A stretch of 64,000 bases of DNA from Mobula hypostoma. Its lineage: Eukaryota. A model generated the notes under the pieces. That model saw only the letters and a list, made by a program, of their open reading frames with translations, was not told the DNA's origin and did not search any database. The position numbers and the translations under genes are program-made. The stretch spans positions 64,482,001 to 64,546,000 of the forward strand of contig NC_086108.1 of the NCBI RefSeq assembly GCF_963921235.1, read 5' to 3'. This document shows, piece after piece, positions 24,876 to 37,770 of this stretch. Within the stretch, counting starts at the first letter, position 1. Each line of letters begins with the position of its first letter.

Positions 24876-26974
24876 CCATTGGTATGGTTATTCTATACCA
24901 GGACTATTCCCAATTGTTTGGGAGTAGTCTTGGCGTGGAATAATAGAACAAACTAGTCAGTCTGTCTTGGAAATTCAGTGCTTTCAGAATTAAATTGACA
25001 GAATTTCTGTGCCTTCACAATAAAAATCTGCTTTAGAACAGAACATATTTGCATCCCACTGACAAGTCTCTACTGTCATCTCAGATAAATGATATGTTAT
25101 CCTGTCACACCTCAACTTCCGATTAGTCGGCAATCATGCTAAAACTGATTACAATATGATAATCCCTACACGTCAGTTGTACAGCTGTTCATTACAAATA
25201 CTGTTCATACGTGTATTATATCAGGTCAACGTTACACAAGTTACCTGATTGGAAACAGTCCTTGTTCTTTAATATTATTGACTATTGCCAGTTGGTTAAC
25301 TGCTGCAATAATGTATCAGAAATGCACAACTAGGTGGATAAGTGAAGGCTTCTTTTTAGTTTTGCCAGAGATCTGAAATTAACTCTGTGAACAAAGTTAG
25401 GTCAAAGAGATTGTCTTATTTTGAAGGAAAAGACAGTTTTTTTTTGCTGCATTCATGCTGGTGTTGTTTGCAACACAAAATTCTTGGGAGTGGAGTGTAG
25501 CTAACATAGTGTTGTTTATCTTGATGCTGACCACCATTTCTAATACATGTAAATTAGCTTTTGGAATCAAAACAAAGTTTTGGCTTAGTGCTTTTGTCAA
25601 TGAACAAAACACAGCTCAATGCAATTAATTTTAGAGTAAGCTTGGTTTAGTTTTTTTTACTCAACTTTTTTTCTTCTGCTTTGAAGACGTTTATCACTTA
25701 GGCTACAGCTACATATGTGGGACGATGAACCATCTCACCCACTTTTCAAGTATAATATTTAGTAGGTAATGGCCGTTTTGATTAACATTCTTTGCTAATT
25801 ACTCAGTCATCAAGGAACTATAGAGTTAATAATAATCTTTTAAAAGTATTGAGATAAAAGCAAATTTAGACATATTGCTGTAGCAGGGGATAGGTTCATG
25901 GCTGTAACTGATGCCTGCTGAGTTTCTAGTCTTAAATATGGTATCCATTACATCATCCTTCACTGAAGATGTACAAGTGAAATCAGAAGAACAGTGTTCA
26001 AGAATCAATGTCATGCAGATCTTGGTACTAGGATAAAAGATGAATGCTCCGTTTCCCTAACAGAACAGTTACAGCACATAGCATTGATTATTGATGCTCC
26101 AGAGAGACAGATTCATGAATATTTTGAATTCAGGCTTAGACCTGAGTCTGGGATAACAGTATCTTCCCTCTTTTGAATTACACATGTACATGTACCACAG
26201 TCAAATTCCAGTTAAATGTAGGTAATTCATCTTCATGTCTGAGCTTGTTACATTAATTTACTAAAAACAAATCTGATCACTACTATTAAAATACACATGT
26301 AATCTCTTAAACCAATTCAAGTTCAGGTCATCATTATCTTCCCATTAACATATTTTAAACTGTATCATCTTAACAATGAATTTTCTGTTAATCTTATTTA
26401 TAAAAATTATTTGGAGATAGCTGTTTTATAATCACTGAAATTAATCTAAAACAAGTAAGCATTTCAGAGAGAATAACATGACGTTGTGGATTTTACATCA
26501 GTAATCTGGCTGTAATGGATGGTGTGGCCAAAGGGATTGTCATATTTTGGTTCTATGAATTATTAAAACATCTCCATCTTTCACACCCACCAATAAAATC
26601 ATCCCTCTTGGCGAATCTTGGCAGACAAACCCAGCCACACACCTAGCTCTAAAACATCCTCCAAATGCACTCATTTGAGGAGGCTCTCAATATTGCAACT
26701 AAATAATCCTTTGCGTGATCTTCTATGCAACTTATAATTTTTTTAAATGAAAATATTATTTCTGGGATATAGTCTATGTCTTTGATGCTAATGCATTTTT
26801 TATCGCCAAGAATCAGGAAAAAGCAAAACCGAAAACTATTCATCACTGTGACTTTTTAAAGATATTGGCTTGGAAACCAGATTATGTGGTTTATTTTTGC
26901 ACTACAGAATTGGGAATGTATTTAGCTTGGTGTGAAATACAATAACAAACATTTCCAGGTTGTTTCTATGTCAC

Positions 26975-28728
26975 TTCAGGAAATTAGGTAGGTAGGATCG
27001 ATTAGAGATAAATGTGGGAAGATGTGCCTGGAGGCTGTGGAAGTGAGCGAGGCCCTCAATGAATACTTCTCTTTGGTATTCACCAATGAGAAGGAACTTG
27101 ATGATGGTGAGGAAAATATGAGTGAGGTTGATGTTCTGGAGCATGTTGACATTAAAGGAGAGGAGGTGTTGGAGTTGATAAAAATATATTAGGATGGATA
27201 AGTCCCCGGGGCCTGACAGAATATTCCCCAGGCTGCTCCACGAGGTGAGGGAAGAGATTGCTGAGCCTCTGGCTAGGATCTTTATGTCCTCGTTGTCCAC
27301 AGGAATGGTACCGGAGGATTGGAGGGAGGTGAATGTTGTCCCCTTGTTCAAAAAAGGTATAGAGATAGTCCAGGTAATTATAGACCAGTGAGCCTTACGT
27401 CTGTGGTGGGAAAGCTGTTGGAAAAGATTCTTGGAGATAGGATCTATAGGCATTTAGAGAACCATGGTCTGATCAGGGACAGTCAGCATGGCTTTGTGAA
27501 GGGCAGATTGTGTCTAACAAGCCTGATAGAGTTCTTTGAGGAGGTGACCAGGCATATAGATGAGGGTAGTGCAGCAGATGTGATCTACATGGATTTTAGT
27601 AAGACATTTGACAAGGTTCCACACGGTAGGCTTATTCAGAAATTCGGAAGGCATGGGATCCAGGGAAGCTTGGCCAGGTGGATTCGGAATTGGCTTGCCT
27701 GCAGAAAGCAAAGTGTCATGGTGGAGGGAGAAAATTCGGATTAGAGGATTCTGACTAGTGGTGTCCCACAAGGATCAGTTCTGGGACCTCTACTTTTCAT
27801 GATTTTTATTAACGACCTGGATGTTGGGGTAGAAGGGTGGGTTGGCAAGTTTTCAGATGACACAAAGCTCGGTGGTATTGTGGATAGCGTAGAGGATTGT
27901 CGAAAATTGCAGAGAGACATTGATGGGATGCAGAAGTGGGCTGAGAAGTGGCAGATGGAGTTCAACCCGGAGAAGTGTGAAGTGGTACACTTTGGAAGGA
28001 CAAACTCCAAGGCAGAGTATAAAGTAAATGGTAGGTTACTTGGCAGTGTGGAGGAACTGAGGGATCTGGGGTTACATGTCCACAGATCCCTGAAAGTTGC
28101 CTCACAGGTAGATAGGGTAGTTAAGAAAGCTTATGGGGTGTTAGCCTTCATAAGTCAAGGGATAGAGTTTAGGAGTTGCAATGTAATGATGCAGCTCTAT
28201 AAAACTCTAGTTAGGCCACACTTGGAGTACTGTGTCCATTTCTGGTCGCCTCACTGTAGGAAGGACGTGGAAGCATTGGAAAGGGTACAGAGGAGATTTA
28301 ACAGGATGCTGCCTGGTTTAGAGAGTATGGATTATGATCAGAGATTAAGGGAGCTAGGGCTTTACTCTCTGGAGAGAAGGAGGATGTGGAGACTTGATAG
28401 AGGTATGCAAGATATTAAGAGGAATAGATAGAGTGGACACCCAGTGCCTCTTCCCCAGGGCACCACTGCTCAATACAAGAGGACATGGCTTTAAGGTAAG
28501 GGGTGGGAAGTTCAAGGGGGATATTAGAGGAAGGTTTTTGCTCAGAGAGTGGTTGGTGCGTGGAATGCACTGCCTGAGTCAGTGGTGAAGTTTAAGAGAC
28601 TACTAGACAGGTATATGGAGGAATTTAAGGTGGGGGCTTATATGGGAGGCAGGGTTTAAGGGTCAGCACAGCATTGTGGGCTGAAGGGCCTGTACTGTGC
28701 TGTACTATTCTATGTTCTATGTTCTATG
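26975..28728 (+). mobile_element. 5'-truncated CR1 LINE (RT remnant, frameshifted)
   Basis: KSPGPD, NYRPVSLTSVVGK, SQHGF, DFSKTFDKV, KFSDDTK, LVRPHLEYC; (TTCTATG)n tail. Confidence 0.95.
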
Positions 28729-31521
28729 TAATTTGACTAGGATCTTCCTATTGTGGGTGATAGATGTGCATCTAACATGTTTTCCATGTGAAATGCATAT
28801 TAAATTATGTCATCCCAATGCAATTACCCTTTGGAAGTCTTCAGTGCACAGCACAGGACCTCTTTTTATTCTCTGGTGGTTCAACACCCCTGCACTCTCC
28901 TGACCCTGACACTCATCAGCAACCAACTTCTTTCCACTCTCTAATCAGCCCAGGTCAAAGTACCTACTGCCATCCTCCAATTTCCACATGAACCCAGAAA
29001 TTCTCCACCAAGCTTCCAACCTAGTGTTCCCCTCCTGGAAGTGCTGATCCCCAATTCCTCTGCTGTTGTTAATTTGATCAACATTTCTCTCTCTCAGTCC
29101 TTCATTCTTTGGCCTTCTCTTCCACACCAGAGCCACCAGATCTGGTTTTAGGTCTCAGCTGCAACTGAAGCTTTCAATGACAAGCCCACAACTAAGAAGG
29201 CTGTTGATGTCCCATTGCATTAAACACATAACATACCCATTGCCAGGCGATAAAATTTGCAGCAGCTACGCTTGATCTAAATTAGTGATGGATAAGTGAG
29301 TGGAAAGTTACATTTCACAGTTCAAATTAGAAATATACTATAAGTTTAACATTTCTTGGAGCTCAGTTGTTTCAACTCATTTACAGCAGTGATTCTTTTA
29401 AATATGAGTTTTTCTAATGAGCGTGCAAGAGTACTTGGTTGAAACTTCACATTATCAAAATGGTGTGAAATTGGACACAGTTTCAAGACTAGCTGTCTGC
29501 CTGCACCCAATCATTAAGCTTGAAAACAATAGGTCTCTTATTTTTTTCTGTGCCTATTGCAAAATTCACAGGAGGTAACAATTGGAAAGTGTGATCAGAT
29601 TTCTGTCTCGTTTTCAAATTGACATGTAACATTTTCAGTGATTTTCATCTGAGAGTGAGACAAAAATGTTTTCATTAATTAAGTTAAAATGGAACTGCAC
29701 TGGAGCAATCGTCAACATCAAGTGAAAATCCAGAAACATTAGATATTACAAAATTAAGTTTCTTGTATTTTTAGATGAAATATTATTGTACAAATTTGAT
29801 GCCAAAAAATTATGAAGTCAAACATGCTACAAAGTTGCAGATAATGTTTTTGTATCATTTAATTTAGGACTTTTGAGAAATTGGATGTCACTCAAGTAAA
29901 GTATTATTGAACGAATCTAATTACATCTTATTTCATGTGCTTATGACAAGGCCTATATTTCATGTCACTGGAAAGGATGCTAGTGTTTCAAAAAGGGATA
30001 AGCTAACATTTGTTGTTTATTCATTAGTTCTGGAGGTTGCTATTTCTGGCCCAGCAACAATCTGTTACAGAATGTGATATTGTAATTACCTGAAAGTATA
30101 GAAAAACTCCTTTCTCGAATCATTGTAGAGGATTACACTTGAGCATTGTCCCTGACTGAGTAACAGGTGTGTGTTTCAGTACCATTTTTTATTGAGTCTT
30201 ACTTTGGTGAGATTTTCTAGCCTATATCATGTTATCAGGGTTTGTGCTGAAATTAGTAAAAGGCACTCTTGTTCCCAGGTACTAACTTGCAACACTTTGC
30301 TAATCACACTTCAGTTGGATGTGGATTGAAAGCAGGTGCTAAAGTCTTAGAACCATATCACCACAAGTGATAACCATCTAAATGATGCAAAAGTATGTGG
30401 TTTGCCATCCGTTTCATTGCCAAGTTTCTTGTGTACATACTACTTTGATTGTTTTCTTTTCAAACTCAGACTTCCGGAAGATAGTTTTTGTGAATAAATT
30501 GCAATCCACTCGAATGCTACTTGTATACATGATGAATCTTTATAGTACATGAAGCTTTATAATCTGCTTAGGTGCTCTATTCCTGTTTCTTTTATACTTC
30601 AGTTGCCTTTTGTCCTTTTAATCCTGTTCCTTGACATTTCTCTCTCACAATCTTTCCTTATCCCATTTATATTCCCTTATTTTACAGCAGTTTTGATGGG
30701 ATTATGCAATACAGATACATGCTGCATGCAGTAAAATATTTTGAAATTACAATTTTAAATCAGCATTTTTTTCCTCGTTTCCTTTAGCTCTTGTATGGCA
30801 TTTAAGGTCTGCCTTTATTTCCGTACCCCTCATGATTCTTAAATGAAGTAATGACTTACTTTTTTTCTTTCACAATACCAATGCCTCTTTGAAGGTAGGA
30901 AACAGAAAATTTCATATAAATCCATAAATAAGGCCTTACTGATTATGCTATGTAGGTTATGAGAATTTGTTTTGATTTATAATCAAATATTATTGAGATG
31001 AAATGCAATATTTGTTATTATAAATATGGATGCAAAAAACATACCTTGGTCTTGGTTACATTTTAGGCATTGCAATAAAACTGATTTAATTTGGCCTACA
31101 GTATATAATAAAATTTCAGGTGATAAAATCCAAACATTGCTTACTAAATTTAACTGTTACCTGTGACTTTAGAACACATATATATTGATCAGATTTCTCC
31201 CTCAGGAGTATGCTGAATAACTCTGAATCTCCCCCTTGCCCTTGAATAGATCTGTACCACATTTGAGGATATTAATTCAGTAAGGTATTTTGCTAAAGTG
31301 TCACGAAATTTCATTTTATTTTTAGGAGATGCAGTTAGGCAAATACTGATTTGTTCCAGGTTTGATATCCAACTCTTAGGACATTTTGAATAAGGAAAGT
31401 GTTTCATTTGCTACTGTTGAATCTAACCATTTATCTACAACTTTTGTATAAATCCTTACTAATGTAACTATATATCCTTAATGCATACCATCTTAATTCT
31501 GGAAGGCAGCCACATTAACAG

Positions 31522-31652
31522 CAGTGGTAATGCCTACCAGAAGAAGACAATGGCAAACCACTTCTGTAGAAAATTTTGCCAAGAACAATCATGGTTATAG
31601 ACCAGGATCACCTACGTCGTATGACATGGCACATAATGATGATGATGATGAT
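31522..31652 (+). mobile_element. Retroposon 3' fragment with (GAT)n tail, possibly an RTE-partnered SINE
   Basis: AATGGCAAACCACTTCTG motif and terminal GATGATGATGATGAT. Confidence 0.45.
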
Positions 31653-32457
31653 AAATGCCAACCAACACAGTCTCTAGGAGGTTACCTCAGTATCTGTGGA
31701 GGTCGCAGAAAATTTCACAAATTTCAGAATTCTTTAAATTCAAGAGCTTATATCTATTCTTCATCTCTCCCAGATAAATTGCTGAAGGAAAAATGCTGGT
31801 TATGCCGGAAGCATGATGTTTTAACACAGACAAGGTATAAAGGCACATATTATAGGAATCCATAATAGAAGAGTATATTCCTTCAAAATGAGAACTGAAT
31901 TACATCTCCCTTCCTTGATCCAATAGCGTTCTTGGTCCTTATGTAACCTCACCTAAAGACTACCCTACACCTAATTCATTGTTTGCAGAGCCAAATTCAA
32001 TTCAAGGCAATGTTATAATTGCAATAAGTTGCATTTCCAGATATCACCATTTGCTTTTCAACTGACATAATTCCTGTTATTAAATTCCCCTTTATATTTA
32101 AAATATAAATCACCAATGTAAGTATGCTGATTATCTCCCTATGTCCCCACAATTTTTTCAAAACACTTTTCTGAAAATATATCATTCATTGTCTTTTTTT
32201 ATTTATTATGATTAATGAAATTTCTTGTATCCAAAATATAGCTGGAACCAAAATGGAAAAGATAACAAAATGTAAAAGAAACTGGAAATATTTCAAAGTT
32301 GAGATTCATAATGGGAAATTAGGAAATAGCAAAGAAATTGAATAAAAATTTTGCATTTGCTTTGACGGTAGGGAAAACTGGGAGGGGATATGGTGTTGGA
32401 AAGGAAGAGAGAATTTTGAAACAACCACATCACCAGAGGAAATGTACCAGGCAATCT

Positions 32458-32673
32458 CAAACAAGAGAAAATCTGCAGATGCTGGAAATCTAAGCAATGC
32501 ACACAAAATGCAAGAGGAACTTAGCAGGCCAGACAGCATCTAAGGAAAAGTCAAAATTTCAGGCGAGACCCTTCATCAGCACTTGATGAAGTGTTTTGGC
32601 CTGAAACATTGACTATACCTGTTTCCATTGATGCTGCCTGGTCTTTTGAGTTCCTCCTGCACTTTGTGTGCAT
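32458..32673. mobile_element. Palindromic Penelope-derived insertion with 15-bp TSD
   Basis: Inverted arms meet at ~32580; TGTACCAGGCAATCT 32443-32457 and TGTACCAGGCAACCT 32674-32688. Confidence 0.88.
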
Positions 32674-33031
32674 TGTACCAGGCAACCTAATGGGATGAAA
32701 AACAGTCAGGTTCCCTGGACCTGCATCCTTGGAGCATTTGTTGTGATCTTGTAAAATTTCCTAGGTTCTGGAAAGTCCCAAGTGAGTTGGAAAACTGTGA
32801 ATATTAAATATTCCTATAAGACAGGAGGGTGACAGAAAGCAGGAAACCACCAGCAAATTGGTCTAACATTTGTCACTGGGAAAATGCTGATATCATTAAG
32901 GAGCAGGACATTTAGAAAATCACAATACAAGCAAGAAGAATCAATGTGATTTTATGAAAGGAACGTAACAACTGTATTAAATTACTATGAAGATATCATG
33001 AGTAGTGTGGACATAAGGGAATTGTATATAC

Positions 33032-34790
33032 AAACATAGAAACATAGAAAACCTACAGCACAATACAGGCCCTTCGGCCCACAAATTTGTGCCGAACATG
33101 TCCCTACCTTAGAAATAACTAAGTTTACCTATAGCCCTCTATTTTTCTAAGCTCTATGTACCTATCCAAAAGTCTCTTAAAAGACCCTATCGTATCTGCC
33201 TCCACCACTGTTGCCGGCAGCCCATTCCACACACTCACCACTCTCTGAGTAAAAAACTTACCCCTGACATCTCCTCTGTACGTACTCCCCAGCACCTTAA
33301 ACCTGTGTCCTCTTGTGGCAACCATTTCAGCCTCTGACTGTCCACATGATCAATGCCTCTTATCATCCGTCACTCCAAGGAGAAAAGGCCAAGTTCACTC
33401 AACCTATTCTCATAAGGCATGCTCCCCATTCCAGGCAACATTCTTGTAAATCTCCTCTGCACACTTTCTATGGTTTCCACATCCTTCCTATAGTGAGGCA
33501 AACAGAACTGAGCACAGTACTCCAAGTGGGGTCTAACCAGGGTCCTATATAACTGAAACATTACCTCTCGGCTCCTAAATTCAATTCCACGATTGTTGAA
33601 GACCAATACACCGTACGCCTTCTTAACCACAGAGTCAACCTGAGCAGCTTCTTTGAATGTGCGATGGACTCGGACTACAAGATCCCTCTGATCCTCCACA
33701 CTGCCTAGAGTCTTACCATTAATACTATATTCTGTCGTCATATTTGACCTACCAAAATGAACCACTTCACACTTATCTGGGTTGAACTCCATCTGCCACT
33801 TCTCAGCCCAGTTTTGCATCCTATCAACGTCCTGCTGTAACCTCTGACAGCCCTCCACACTATCCATAACACCTCCAACCTTTGTGTCATCAGCAAACTT
33901 GTTAACCCATCCCTCCACTTCCTCATCCAGGTCATTTATAAAAATCACGAAGAGTAAGGGTCCCAGAACAGATCCCTGAGGCACTCCACTGGTGACCGAC
34001 CTCCATGCAGAATATGACCCATCTACAACCAATCCTTGCCTTCTGTGGGCAAGCCAGTTATGAATCCACAAAGCAGTGTCCCCTTGGATCCCATGCCTCC
34101 TTAATTTCTCAATAAGCCTTGCATGGGGTACTTTATCAAATGCCTTGCAGAAATCCATATTCACTACATCTACTGCTCTTCCTTCATAAATTTGTTTAGT
34201 CACGTCCTCAAAAAGTTCAATCAAGCTCATAAGGCACGACCTGCCCTTTTCAAATCCATGCTGACTATTCCAAATTATATTATACCTCTCCGAATGTTCA
34301 TAAATCCTGCCTCTCAGGATCTTCTCCATCAACTTACCAACCACTGAGGTAAGACTCACTGGTCTATAATCTCCTGGGCTATCCCTACTCCCTTTCTTGA
34401 ATAAAGGAACAACATCTGCAACCCTCTAATCCTCCGGAACCTCTCCCGTCCCCACTGATGATGCAAAGGTCATTGCCAGAGGTTTAGCAATCTCCTCCCT
34501 CGCCTCCCACAGTTCACTGGGGTACATCTCATCCGGTCCTGGTGACTTATCCAACTTGATGCTTTCCAAAAGCTCCAGCACATCCTCTTTCTTAATATCT
34601 ATATGTTCAAGCTTTTCAGTCTGCTGCAAGTCGTCACTACAATCACCAAGATCCTTTTCCATAGAGAATACAGAAGTAAAGTATTCATTAAGTACCTCTG
34701 CTATTTCCTCCAGTTCTATACATACTTTCCCACTGTCACACTTGATAGGTCCTATTCTTTCACATCTTATCCTCTTGTACCTCTTGTCCT
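33032..34790 (-). mobile_element. 5'-truncated, relatively young CR1 LINE
   Basis: 329-aa ORF 33370-34359 with SQHGF, GVPQGSVLGP, KFADDTK; tail reads AAACATAGAAACATAGAAA on +. Confidence 0.95.
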
Positions 34791-35214
34791 CTTGTACAAA
34801 GTACAGTATTTGGATTTCTAGAAGGCATTTGATAAAGTGCCACATGAAAGGCTACTGAATTAACATCACACTGGGGCAATATATTAGCTAGGATAAATAA
34901 TTGTCTAAATATCAGCAAACAATATTGGCATAAATAAGTATTGAGTTATTGGAATGATTAGAAGTGAGCCAAAATAGCTCACAATCTATATTACTGACTA
35001 AATGAAGGGACTGAATATATTATAGTCAGATTTGATGACAATACAACAGATAAGTGATAAAAAGCAAGCTGTGAGAATGTCACAAAGGATCTGCAAAAGC
35101 GTTCAAATTGATTAAGTGAGTGGCAAATATTTGACAGGTTGGAGTACAAAGTGGAAAAATGTAAGGTCATCCAGATCAGTAGAAGAACCAGAAAATCTGA
35201 GTAAGTTTGAATGT

Positions 35215-35310
35215 AGTAACTCACACAAAATGCTGGAGGAACTCAGCAAGTCAGACAGTATCTATATTTATGGAGAATAATAAACAATCAAAATTTTGGG
35301 CCGAGATACT
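35215..35310 (-). mobile_element. Short Penelope terminal-repeat fragment
   Basis: GTAACTCACACAAAATGCTGGAGGAACTCAGCAAG... Confidence 0.75.
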
Positions 35311-35719
35311 TACGTTCATATTTAAATGGAAATAGATCACAGAATGCTAAGGTATAGAGAGGTCTGAACTCAGGATGTGCATAAACTTAGCTCACCAGTG
35401 CAATGGGAAAGGGAATGTTGGACTTTGTAAAGGAGACAGAGTGTGAAACTAGGGAAGTCTAGCTGGAAGAGAGCACATCAAGTACTCCATTCAGCTTTTA
35501 TTCTTGCGATATATCCTTCATTACCGTTCAAAGGTGATTCACCAGATTATTTCTTGGATGAAGGAGATGTCTTATGAAGAAAGCAAATTGAACCTATACT
35601 CAATGGAGTTCTGAAGAATGGCAATGAAATGATATGCAGTCTGAGAATGTATGACAAGTTGGACAGAGGAAGAGCAGTTCCCCATGGGGCAACTAGGTAT
35701 TATGCATTGTTTCAGAATA

Positions 35720-35935
35720 AGAGAATCAGAATCAGAATCAGGTTTACTATCACAGAAACGTGTTACGGAAGTTGTTGTTTGCAGCAGCAATGCAGTGTAA
35801 CACATAAAAGTTACTAATAAGTTACAAAAATGCATAAATAGTGCAAAAGGAAAACAATGAAGTGGCGTTCTTGGGTTCATTAGTAATTCAGAAATCTGAA
35901 GCTGCAGGGGAAGAAGCTGTTTAACAACGAGGATT
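35720..35935 (-). mobile_element. Rex1/Babar-type 3' tail
   Basis: (AGAATC)n then GGTTTACTATCAC; homologous to 42612-42672 and 45100-45180. Confidence 0.7.
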
Positions 35936-37770
35936 GTACTTTCTCTCAAAGGATCATAAATCATGGGAGTTCTCTTACCTAGAGAACTGTGGAGTCTAAG
36001 CCACTGAAAACCTTTCAAGGTGATGCCAGACAAATATTAGGGCAATAGAGGTGTCAATGATTATGGGTAAAGGCAGGAGTGTGGAACTGAAACCAAGACC
36101 ACATAACTCATGATTTTATTGAAAGGTGGAACTGACCCAAGCAGCCATTTAGTCTAATCTTGCCCATTTTTCTTACATTCATAAAAATAGGATTAATGTA
36201 TTTGATTATTTTTTGTTTTCTTAAAATTCTTCATTAAAATTTCTACTTGAAGACCTCAGCTACTCCCAAATCCCATGGCTAGTAGTTGTTTATTCTTGAG
36301 TTTTGCAGTCTGAGTATATACAGTATGTACAATCTCTCTGGAGAACTGTTCAGCCAGCCATTCTGAAGGAAATGCTTTCCATAACTTCTAGCCAGTTTCT
36401 GTTTGAAAGTTTTACATTATTTTAAAATAACTTACAAGACAAGTTTCTTCAACTTCACTAAGAAAAAAGTTAATCAATTTTTTAAGTAAAGGTCTGCATA
36501 CGTGTGTTTTCAAGGATTTGATTACATAACTGCTGAAGCCATTAAACCAAATTTGAATTTAACTCCTGATTGCAACAATTATGACACTTGAAAATTTCTT
36601 TGGCTGCAAAGAACTTTTTCATTAAACATTGGAAAGGAAAATCTAGTAGTGTGAACAATGGATCTGCATTTCTTCAGCTGATGTTACTAAAATGTAATGT
36701 GAAATTGAAGCTGGATTTTATTACTCTTCCTGGTGTTGCTGTGTACAAATGTAGGCTGTTGGAGGAAGCAATGTGCAAAACACTTCAGAGGCGGGGATTC
36801 TACAAAGAGGCAAAGAGATAAAGAGAAGTATGCAAGCAGAAAGCACAGTAGGAAAACAGCTCTTCACACTCATATTTGATTTCTGGAAAATGGTTAAATT
36901 TGGATAGCAAGCAAAGCTTCATAGAGAGACAGAAGTAGGAGAGAAATAGGAAATTTATCAGTCTGTGTTTTTCGTGAACACAACCCTTGGGATAGAAAAA
37001 TCTAGAGGGCAACTGCACTCTGACTGGTGAGGTTTATCCACATCTTGGGCTTAAATAGCCTTTCCCTTATTCTGAACTGATGCTCAGAGAAAATATTTTC
37101 GCTATATCTAGCCTGTCAAACTTGAGATCACAGAGAACGTGTAACTTAACGTCAACTTTACATCTCTGTTTTCTATATTAGTTCACATTTTGTCATATGT
37201 TCACACAGTACAATAAAGGGGTTATACATTATGTGAAAATAAATCAAAATGTGTGACCTTGAAATCTCCTGCAATACTCTTCGCATTAAAATGTGAATTA
37301 GCTTCTGAAGGACAGCTTGTAAAACTAACATCCTTGACATAATTAAATACATTTGCCAATAATGACTAAATCAAATGTTGTATTTTAACAGGCAGATTAT
37401 GTCTTTACCTCATCACCATATGGCAAGGGTCTGCATAAGGAGGCGAGGAAACAAGAAGGGAACACAGTACCATTCTCCAATAGTCGTCTAGAAAGAAAAA
37501 TATGAGCCCATGAAGGATATGCACAAAAAATAGGAAGTTCTAATAAGAACAGAAAATACATAATGGATGGTTTGACATTGGGATTTATCGAGGAACTAAG
37601 GAACCTTGGTGTACAAGGTCAACTTCCCTGATGGTGGTAGCACAAGTAGATAAGACAATTTAGAAGGATTACATGATGGTGATGTGACCTTGCCTGACAT
37701 CTCTCCTCCATATGCAGGCCCTTGGCAGCTGATGAGGAGGCAAAATCATAATCTATCTGTCATCTGTGTC

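Larger units (their letters stand above)
32300..36180 (+). mobile_element. Old CR1 LINE fragmented by at least four later insertions
   Basis: Colinear ORF2 remnants at 32300-33030 and 34795-36180 (GATTTCTAGAAGGCATTTGATAAAGTGCC; TTTGATGACAATACA; 3' end TTTCTTACATTC). Confidence 0.75.

Noticed and set aside
33370..34359. 329-aa RT ORF as a host gene or active element
   Set aside because: 5'-truncated CR1 remnant with broken flanking frames and no endonuclease or ORF1.
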